Source of the DNA: the human T2T-CHM13v2.0 reference genome, Homo sapiens | Assembly (NCBI RefSeq): GCF_009914755.1 | Contig: NC_060928.1 | Strand: one strand, 5' to 3' | DNA: 64,000 nucleotides | In this document: positions 50,200 to 64,000 of the stretch, piece by piece | Layout of the letters: every line of letters begins with the position of its first letter | Numbering within the stretch: the stretch's first letter is position 1 | Made by a program: the position numbers and the translations under genes | Notes under the pieces: generated by a model | The model's database searches: none | Told to the model about the DNA's origin: nothing | What the model saw: only the letters and a program-made list of their open reading frames with translations

Positions 50200-50890
50200 A
50201 AGAAGAAACGACAGCAACTAGATGTCATAATTTACAGCAGCAGATGTGAAGCAAGTTTTTGGATTATGGCCAGTGGAAAGAAAGCATGCCAGACAGCTAA
50301 TGGGAGGCAAGAGTAGTGTGACATGTGGATGGACTGGAGGGCAGGTGATAGATTATGCAGGTCCTCATAAAGCATGTGTAGGAGTTTTATATTTATGTAA
50401 AGACTGATGAGAATCTACCAAGGGATTTTAATCATGGGATTGCAATAATTTCACTGAGATTTAAATTATTATTTTTGGATTATAGCATGGTAATTGTAAA
50501 GGGACAAAATAATTTCATGGAAGGCAGTTAGGGGTTATTGCAGAAATCCAGGTAAAAGTATCTGTGATTGGACTCAATTAGTGGTTGCAAAGATTGAAAC
50601 AGTATAGATATTGAAAAAATAAAATCCATGAGACATTGTGGAGTGAAGGAGATCATGACATGGAACATACTGTGATGTGGTATATGTTGAGTGTTGAGCT
50701 AAATTTAAAGCATCTAGGTAAAGAAGTTGAATTAGTTACTGGATATCTTGGCTCATACATTAGCAGAGAAGACTGAACTCAGAATAAAAATTTTAAAGAC
50801 AATGGACAAAGTAATAATAGTGGTAATTTAAGTCATCAGCATTTATGACAATATCGACTGAAATAATTACTTTCAAGGCCATGTGGTAAG
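50200..50890 (-). mobile_element. Decayed LINE-2
   Basis: agattatgcaggtcctcataaagcatg...ggagttttatattta...cagttaggggttattgcagaaatccagg: L2 reverse-strand motifs. Confidence 0.62.
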
Positions 50891-51859
50891 AAAAGACAAT
50901 AAGGATTTTGGTATACAATTTACCAGAAGAGTTTAATGAGGCAAGATCAATGGGTTAACATTTCAACGCAGGGTAAAATGTGAAGCACATGACACCAGAA
51001 TATGCTTTAATATAGCCATGCTTGCAGTGGATTTATACTGAGTCCTATGGAAGTGAATTGAAAAAGATGTGTCACTCAAGAACTGTAACTTCAAAAGCCT
51101 AGGCCAACTTCGGCATTTATTTCACAGGGATGTGCATTATATTTAATAGGAGGCAACTTCTCTGCATGCTATGGAGCCCATAAAATCATCAACTAAATCT
51201 CAGAGCATTAAAAGCTGCTCTCAATCCAATATTAAATTTGAATTTTGGTAAGTTAACAACTGTGGCAAATGGAAAATTTCTCAGGAGTTCTCAGATAACT
51301 CTAAACATCAAGGTAAGAGTAAATAAGATCCTTGTGCTAGATAAGTATTCACAGGGATATTAGCTAAGACTTTTTCAGCTGCAAGTTGCCAAACTTAAAT
51401 CGAGCAAGTTAATCAAAACATGGAATGTATTCATGTATGTAACTGTCTGTGGCTCTCTGATACACAAAATGGTTGGACCCTGAGTCTTGAATATTATGAA
51501 ATTTGAATGTCTCTGATGGTTTTATTCTTCATGTAGAATAAAGGAAGTACCTTTCTCATAATAACTCTTTAACATAAGGTTTAAAAATGCCTGAGATTAA
51601 CTTGGTTTTGAAAACATATCCATCCTCCACTAATGGCTATGGCTAGTGAATGAGATAAGGCTTGTGCAGGTCTGTCAAGTGCATATTTTTTTTAACCTGG
51701 GGAGAGAAGTCAGCTTCATAGTGAAGAAGCATTTTGATACTAGAAGAGGATAGAAAGTTTTCCTGGACAGATAGGAATAAAATAATGTTTATCAAACTGG
51801 GACTCTTACTGTAGCCTACAAAAACCCTACATAAACCCACCCCCAAGTGCTCTACATTA

Positions 51860-52903
<1,044 letters not shown>

Positions 52904-53280
52904 CTCATTTATTTTTAACACCCCTATTCTCACTCCTAAAACTTTAAGACAATTGGCTTAACTTTTTATTGCACTTTACTTTATTGCGCTTTATTGCACT
53001 TTACTTGGATTATTATTGTAATCCCAGTTAGCATGCTTAATTCCAAAGCCAATCTACATGGATATCTGCAATGATATTGGCTCTTTATCCTTAATCTGCT
53101 CTTGTAGAGCATTCATTGTAAAGCCAAACTACTTCTTCAGCTATTCTCAGAGTAGTTGGAAATTTCAGGAAAATATAAAATAGTGTCTTAATAAATACTT
53201 CACATTCTCTTGTTACAAAAACAATTTCTAGTAGTACATTAGGAGGATGACAAAACTAGTATTTTGAAAATAACCTTTTT

Positions 53281-56407
<3,127 letters not shown>

Positions 56408-56582
56408 AATTCACAGAAATGAAAGTAGAAAGGTTGTTTCCAGAAGACTGGAGGTGGGTAGGAGAAATGGAGATACGGTGGTCATTGGGTACACATTTTC
56501 AGTTATAAGATGACTAATTTCTGGAAAGGTAATGTAAAGCGCTTGAACTATAAGTAATTATATGGTATTGTGTTAAAAAAAA
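56408..56582 (+). mobile_element. L1MA9-like 3' UTR fragment ending in A8 (candidate 3'-transduced DNA)
   Basis: aattcacagaaatgaaagtagaaaggttg...gggtacacattttcagttataagatga...tggtattgtg then an A-run and the second TSD copy. Confidence 0.65.
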
Positions 56583-58139
56583 GAAAATGACCTGTTTAGA
56601 CTTCATAATGAAAATGCCACATAGTTTACTCTACACAACTTGCAAGTAGAGTAAAATCTCAAAGCCATTATCATTCTTGGCACTTATTTATAATATCAGC
56701 TTCCAGTCCCTGCTTGCTAATGAAGTGCTGATACCTTTTCTGGAGATATAGTCATTGATCTGGTCACTGATTTCCATTCTGTATCCCTCTTGGTATATTT
56801 TATTTCATTCTTCCCCATCCAAATATATGTCTGTCTGTCTACTCTAGCTTTAGGGACTTAACTCTTTAATCACTGCTTTTAATTTATAAACAGCTTTACC
56901 ATATTTTGTCTCTGTCTATCCAAGTATACATGACATATGACATCCATTATCTTATATGGATGGTGATGGTGGCAGTGATGGCTAATCTTCTGGCCTGGTG
57001 ATGCACACTATGAACTCTGAAAATGGCAGGAATTTTAAAACCTATTTTCTCAGAGAATATCTTTTCTAATTTGTAGCATAGTTGAAATAGATTACCCCTT
57101 TGCATATAAATCCATTAAATTTTCCTCATGAAACAGCATTTTAAATTTTTACAGTTTTATCATTTAATGCCCAACATTGGGTAAATTATAGTTGCATCTC
57201 TCATTGTCCCTTTCTACCGTTTTATCAATAGACATCCAGATGTTCTGTTCATAGTGTTAGGTATTATTATTATTGTTGTTGATACAGTTATTTTTTCCTT
57301 TTCAAATATCCCTATCAAACTAAGATACATATTTGTAATTTGTAATTTAGTATCCCTCCTCTACAGACTTCTCATAACCAGTTTCATAATAGATAAGCGA
57401 AGTCCAATTAATAGAGAAGCATAGTTGCATATAAGGGTGGTGAGGATGGCAGTGACAGGCTATTATTTAAATTCATGTATTCTCGAACTGTCACCCAACA
57501 CTGCTTATCTGTTTTGCAAATATCAAAAATTATCATTGTTTAATATCATTCAATGATTACCCATATTAAATATAAGTGAATACTTTATGGGCAGTTCTTT
57601 TCTGTTTTCTTCTTCTCTTGAAGAAGATATAGGATCCATTCCCTATGACTTTCTTTTTATATCTATGAATTAGCATATTTTGTTAACAATAAATAAACCA
57701 TGGTATTTCTGCTGCACAACACTGATGTCAGATGTGTATACATTTAAAGCAATTTACTTTTGTGGTACCTACTTCCTCTCCAACTGGAATGGCAGCCAAT
57801 CTTCAAAAATCAGTTGGGTCATTGAACAGTCAATATGGTTTAATTGTTAAGACAACAGAAATAAGTGACCATGTCTGCCTCAATGAATAAATCAAATCAA
57901 AACTATAGCAATTGATTAATATTTGGCATTCAGCAACTGTAGGAAAAGTGAGAAAATCACTTCAAAAATAATTAACCAGAAAAAGGATTGATTGTATATA
58001 ATGGAAATTCTGGTTATCTGAAAGACCAGGTAATGGTAACTTCCCCATGCTCAGTCCAGTGAATCACACTCTAGTTGGCAATATGGCCCACACGATAAAC
58101 AATACGTGTTTCTGCCATGTATTAAAGTTTTCCAAAATT

Positions 58140-58750
58140 AAATTTTTTTTGTCAAGTATATTAAGTTACTAATGTACAAGGTAAAATTAAATTTTTTAGT
58201 AGGTAGTTACATCATTTTTATAAAGAATATGGTTATTTAACAATTACTGCAATCAAGAAGATTTCAACAACCTCAAATAACTTCATAGTATCTTTTTTTT
58301 ACTGATAATATCTTCCCCTATGCTCAGCTTCTATAATAACTGTTCTGCTTTCTGTCTTTATAATTAAGCCTTTTTATAATTTCCTTATAAACAATTTCTT
58401 TCTTTAATATAGTTGCTATTCATCTATTTTGTTGCATGTGGCAATAGTTTGTTCCTTTTTAATACTAAATAATAGTCAATGGTATGGCTGTATGTACCAC
58501 ATAGCTTGTTTATGGATTTTGGGGAATATTTTTTTCATATAGGTATCCAGCTTTTCCGGTTTCACTTGGTGAAAAGACTTTTTTTTCTCTCTTTTTTTTC
58601 TTTTTGCCTAAAATCCCTTTTATTTAATATTCTAAGAACCACTGCTGAAATTCAGTTGACCGTATACGTGAAGATCAATTTCTTTTCACTCTATTCTGTT
58701 ATTTATATTCATCTAAATATCTTTTTTAGCCAGTTCCACAATGTCACATA
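58140..58750 (-). mobile_element. Old L1M(E/B) fragments
   Basis: ataactgttctgctttctgtctttata, aatagtttgttcctttttaatact, atatag.tatccagcttttcc: reverse-strand L1M motifs. Confidence 0.55.
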
Positions 58751-59376
58751 GCAAGAAAAGAGTCCTAAAATTCATATGGGACCCAAAAAGAGCCCAAATA
58801 GCCAAAGCAAGACTAAGCAAAAAGAACAAATCTGGAGGCATTACACTACACAATTTCAAATTATACTATAAGACCATAGTCACCAAAACAGCATGGTACT
58901 GGTATAAAAATAGGCACATTGACCAATGGAACAGAATAGAGAACTCAGAAATAAAGCCAAATAATTTCAGTCAACCACTCTTCAACAAAGCAAACAAAAA
59001 CATAAAGTGGGGAAAGACACTGTATTCCACAAATGGTGCTGGGATAACTGGCAAGCCACATGTAGAAGAATGAAACCAGATCCTCATCTCTCACCTTATA
59101 CAAAAATCAATTCAAGATGGATCAAAATCTTAAATCTAGGACCCGAAACCATAAAAGTTCTAGAAGATAACATCAGAAAACCCTTCTAGACATTGCCTTA
59201 GGCAAAGACTTCATGACCAAGAACCCAAAAGCAAATGCAAGAAAAACAAAGGTATATAAATAGGAATTAATTAAACTAAAAAGCTTCTGCACAGCAAAAG
59301 AAATTTTCGGCAGGGTAAACAGATCACCCACATAATGGGAGAAAATCTTCACAATCTATATATAGAATTAAAGGAT

Positions 59377-60168
59377 TATGAGCATCATCATCACTGCTCA
59401 TCGTCACTGGCCATCAGAGAAATGCAAATCAAAACCACAGTGAGATACCATCTCACTCCAGTTAGAATGGCAATCATTAAAAAGTCAGGAAACAACAGGT
59501 GCTAGAGAGGATGTGGAGAAATAGGAACACTTTTACACTGTTGGTGGGACTGTAAACTAGTTCAACCATTGTGGAAGTCAGTGTGGCAATTCCTCAAGGA
59601 TCTAGAACTAGAAATACCATTTGACCCAGCCATCCCATTACTGGGTATATACCCAAAGGACTATAAATCATGCTGCTATAAAGACACATTCACACGTATG
59701 TTTATTGCGGCATTATTCACAATAGCAAAGACTTGGAACCAACCCAAATGTCCAACAACGATAGACTAGATTAAGAAAATGTGGCACATATACACCATGG
59801 AATACTATGCAGCCATAAAAAATGATGAGTTCATGTCCTTTGTAGGGACATGGATGAAATTGGAAACCATCATTCTCAGTAAACTATCGCAAGAACAAAA
59901 AACCAAACACCGCATATTCTCACTCATAGGTGGGAATTGAACAATGAGATCACATGGACACAGGAAGGGGAACATCACACTCTGGGGACTATTGTGGGGT
60001 GCGGGGAGCGGGGAGGGATAGCATTGGGAGATATACCTAATGCTAGATGACGAGTTAGTGGGTGCAGCACACCAGCATGGCACATGTATACATATGTAAC
60101 TAACCTGCACAATGTGCACATGTACCCTAAAACTTAAAGTATAATAAAAAAATAAAATTAAAAAAAAA
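59377..60168 (+). mobile_element. Young L1 3' fragment, L1PA2-like
   Basis: gcattgggagatatacctaatgctagatgacGAGttagtggg (GAG rather than the L1HS ACA/ACG); poly-A; TSD agaattaaaggat (59364-59376) / agaattcaaggat (60169-60181). Confidence 0.92.
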
Positions 60169-60515
60169 AGAATTCAAGGATGAATATCCATAATCTACAA
60201 GGAACTCAAACAAATCAGCAAGAAAAGGCAAACAGTCCCAGCAAAAAGTGGGCTAATAACATGAATAGACAATTCTCAAAGGAAGATATACAGATGTCCA
60301 AAAACCATGTGAAAAAAAGCTCAACATCACTAATGATCAGGGGAATGCAAATCAAAACCACAATGTGATACCACCTTACTCCTAAAAGAATTGCCATAAG
60401 CAAAAAATAAAAAAAAAAATGTTGGCATGGATGTGGTGAAAAGGGAACATATTTACACTGCTTTTGAGAATGTAATCTAGTACAACCACTTTGGAAAACA
60501 ATGTGGCAATTTCTT

Positions 60516-61111
60516 TTTTATTTATTTATTTATTTATTTTTTATTTTATTATTATTATACTTTAAGTTTTAGGGTACATGTGCACAATGTGCAGGTTAGT
60601 TACATATGTATACATGTGCCATGTTGGTGTGCTGCACCCATTAACTCGTCATTTAGCATTAGGCATATCTCCAAATGCTATCCCTCCCCCCTCCCCCAAC
60701 CCCACAACAGTCCCCGGAGTGTGATGTTCCCCTTCCTGTGTCCATGTGTTCTCATTGTTCAATTCCCACCTATGAGTGAGAACATGAGCTGTTTGGTTTT
60801 TTGTCCTTGGGATAGTTTGCTGAGAATGATGGTTTCCAGTTTCATCCATGTCCCTACAAAGGACATGAACTCATTATTTTTTATGGCTGCATAGTATTCC
60901 ATGGTGTATATGTGCCACATTTTCTTAATCTAGTCTATCGTTGTTGGACATTTGGGTTGGTTCCAAGTCTTTGCTATTGTGAATAGTGCCGCAATAAACA
61001 TACGTGTGCATGTGTCTTTATAGCAGCATGATTTATAATCCTTTGGGTATATACCCAGTAATGGGATGGCTGGGTCAAATAGTATTTCTAGTTCTAGATC
61101 CCTGAGGAATC
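60516..61111 (-). mobile_element. Young L1 3' fragment, L1PA3/PA4-like
   Basis: ttatactttaagttttagggtacatgtgcac...cccattaactcgtcatttagcattagg; TSD caatgtggcaatttctt (60499-60515) / cagtgtggcaatttctt (61112-61128). Confidence 0.92.
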
Positions 61112-62145
61112 CAGTGTGGCAATTTCTTAAATAACTAAAAGCAGATATACTTTTGATCCAGCAATCCCACTACTGGGTATCTACTCAGAGGAAAAGAAGT
61201 CATTATATGGAAAAGAAGCCATTATACAGAAAAGAAACTTGTTTATAAACATGTTTATAGCTGCACAATTAATTGTAAAAACATGTAACCAGCCCAAATG
61301 CCCATAAATCAACTAGTGGATAAAGAAAATGTGTTTTGTATGTGTGTATACACACACACACACACACCAGGGAATACACACATATACACCCAGGGAATAC
61401 TACTCAGCCATAAAAAGGAACACAATCATGACATTGTTAGCAACTTGGATAGAATTGGAGACCATTATTCTAAGTGAAATAACTCTGGAATGGAAAACCA
61501 AACATCACATGTTCTCACTTGAAGTGGGAGCTAAGCTATGAGGATTCAAAGGCAGGAGAATGATACAATAGACTTTGGGGGAAAGGGTGGAAGAAGTATG
61601 AGAGATAAAAGACTGTATATTGGGTGATGTACACTGCTTGGGTGATGGGTGCACCACAGTCTCAGAAATCATCACTAAAGGACTTATTCATGTAAACAGA
61701 TACCACCTATTCCTCCAAAACTTATTGAAATAAAAATAAACAGAATAGTAGCAAAATTGAATCATGTTTTAAGGCTTTTATCTTGTCTTGTTTCCTCTTT
61801 CTCACAAGTATCCCCACAGAACAGAATGAAAAGAAATGTATAAATCTAGCCAACAAATACAAAAATCCTAATTTAGTAAGGATTAATAATTTTGTTAAAG
61901 TGAGAACCAGGTGATAAAATTAATTTTAAAGGCAAAAATCACAATTACATTTGCACCAATCTAATATTGCAACATAATTTAAACAGTGGAAATTCCTGCT
62001 AAACCGCTTATATCCACATCAGGCATTTGCTGTGTATATATTGTGAATAAATTAAAATAAAATTATAAGGTTAACTATATAGAGTTTAATGTTAATATAT
62101 TCAAAATATATAATTCTGTAATTTATGTGTGCATACATTCCTTTT

Positions 62146-62596
62146 GCTAGTAGGTGTTTTAGAGAGTTCAGGCCAGATTCTTTTCACTGGGCCACTGCCC
62201 TCATCCCATAGGTACTTTGAATATGCTTCAAAGGGATTATGTCTCCAGAGAAATGCCACTGGGCTGAATATGCTTAGGAGACTACAACATCTCTCCACCC
62301 ATAACAACAACGACTGACACACGTGGGGCACAGGTAGCAGAAAAGCCCAGCTCCTTTCTCTCAAAGCAGGGTATCATTGCTGAGCAAATCACAATGTGTA
62401 CTTCAGGGCTCTCTCTCCCTGAAATGGATCAGGAACAAGTCTAAACTTTATGTGGGACCACATCATTGCTCAGCCCCTTCCCTTTCCCCATCCCGTGTAA
62501 TTCTTCATGGGTTTTTCCTCCAGAGTCCTTCTGTAAGCTATAATGCACCTGAGTCTCTGTCTTAGGCTCTGCCTTTAAAGAACCTGTTTGAGGACT
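62146..62596 (+). mobile_element. LTR16-like ERVL LTR
   Basis: ggtagcagaaaagcccagctcct...caaagcagg and 3' end tgtcttaggctctgcctttaaagaacc...aggac. Confidence 0.65.
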
Positions 62597-63849
62597 CTTT
62601 TGGATAATGTGCTACTATTATGTGCTTTTATGTTGAGAGTTTTGCTGAAAACCAAAACTTCCAAAGCCAGTGCTTCCGTCACCGTACTTTTGCAGTCCAA
62701 GTGGACTGAAAGCAGGCAAATTTCATCAGGCTTGGTATCAGGTATATACTGACTGCTGTGTAATGGTCCCATCTAAGAAAGAATGTAAGAAAAAAAAATC
62801 TAGGGTAGTTTATGAATAGTCATCAAAATCACATCTAAGTGTAAATTTTCACGCTCTCCTATACCAAGTATTTCTTTGCTAATAAAATGAAAATTTGGCC
62901 CTTCAATCTGAATGGCCATTTTTTAAAAAGAATCTATATACATTATGAGTAAATGACACATGGTTTTGCCAAACTCTTAACTAGCACTACCTATCTAAAA
63001 TTGCTACATGCATACAAAATGGGCACTATTTGACTACAAATATCCTTTCAAGCAGATCTGATAAAATATTTTAACTATGGATATTTAGAAGCTTAGTCTT
63101 AGCCTAAGTAGTCATCATTTTTCCCTGATGATCCTTAGAATAAATCTATATACAAAAGTAATTTTTCAATTTCAGATTCAAATGTGCTAAATGTTATGAC
63201 AAAAATTTTAATTTTTATTGTTATTCTGAGAAGTCTGTTTACTTTCACAAATTTCAGACATTCTTTGTTGCGTCTCTTTCTCTCGTTGCACAACCTGGTA
63301 TTTCTGTGCATAGCTCTTACTGCACTGAAAATACTTATCTGATTCTGTTTGCAGAAATAAATGGTGGCTTAGTCTTTTGTACTCCCTTATTAAGCTGTGC
63401 CCAGTATTTGCTTCTCAAAACCGTACCCTAGCAGACCACCTGACTGTGGCATCCTTGTTTCTTAATGGACTCTACCTTAGAAACACAGTTACCATATCAG
63501 TAGCTTTACTGATCCTTTCTAGTCTTGTTGACCATTTCATTTAGATTAACCGATAGCCTTGAGGCCAATGTTAACCACCCTAACCATGACAAATCATCTG
63601 TCTCACTTGTCCCTTAGGTTTAAATATTCCCTCTGTGCATAATAGGAAGCACTATTTATTCTGTTATCACAGAGTTTTGAAGGGGAGACTATGTGCTTGG
63701 CAGCCAAAAACATCTTTCCCCATAGTCTTTTTATAATCTCTGCTTTCCCACAACTGTACAAAAAGAAGAGAAAAAGTAAATTTGAGCATCATTCAAACTG
63801 ATGAACTGCTAGAAAATTTAGCTTACATTTAAGTACATATTTAAAAGAA

Positions 63850-63955
63850 ATTTTCAATTACTATAGGATCTGCTATGTGCTAGACACTAGGATAGGCACA
63901 GAAATATAAGACTATACATCACGATATTACTATCTTTAAGAGTTTAAATAGGAAC
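63850..63955 (-). mobile_element. LINE-2 3'-terminal remnant
   Basis: atctgctatgtgctagacactagg...aaatataagac...ctttaagagttta. Confidence 0.5.
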
Positions 63956-64000
63956 ATCCATATTAATAATATTTATAAAATAATGAGTCATGTTTAGTAC

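Larger units (their letters stand above)
58751..61740 (+). mobile_element. L1PB1-like element, 5'-truncated, hosting two younger L1s
   Basis: ORF2 peptide [28 protein letters not shown]; 3' UTR gtgggagctaagctatgagg...gggtgatgggtgcacc...tattgaaataaaaataaa. Confidence 0.9.

Noticed and set aside
59377-60168. Possible active-lineage L1HS-Ta insertion
   Set aside because: Carries GAG rather than ACA/ACG and aacttaaagt in the 3' UTR, and has a mismatch in its TSD, indicating an older L1PA2-type copy.

Overview
Primate (hominoid-type, probably human or great ape) AT-rich non-coding DNA made up mostly of nested transposable-element fossils. I can support no intact protein-coding gene, RNA gene or CRISPR array. 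The ORFs with recognisable content come from Alu, L1 or ERV/MaLR, and the rest look like chance ORFs. Main content: the 3' part of a MER4-group ERV1 provirus (1-5718) carrying LTR8, AluY and MER9 insertions; long L1MA/L1MC/L1PA/L1PB fragments; a two-LTR MER51-type provirus (22810-30506) with tRNA-Arg PBS and decayed gag, integrase and env, interrupted by a complete THE1A element; MER11C, MLT2, MLT-int, LTR16 and L2 remnants; and nine Alus. The most unusual observations: (i) about 2.7 copies of a diverged ~171-bp, apparently dimeric, alpha-satellite-like repeat inside a MaLR internal sequence (38237-38705); (ii) two young L1 3' ends forming a long inverted repeat with a likely gene-conversion tract, one truncated at the position homologous to its own target site (59377-61128); (iii) an L1PA insertion with an apparent 3' transduction defined by a 15-bp TSD (53266-56597); (iv) several templated-insertion or hairpin scars. 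I found no evidence of a new gene system. Subfamily names come from recalled consensus sequences, not a database search, and boundaries of old elements are approximate.
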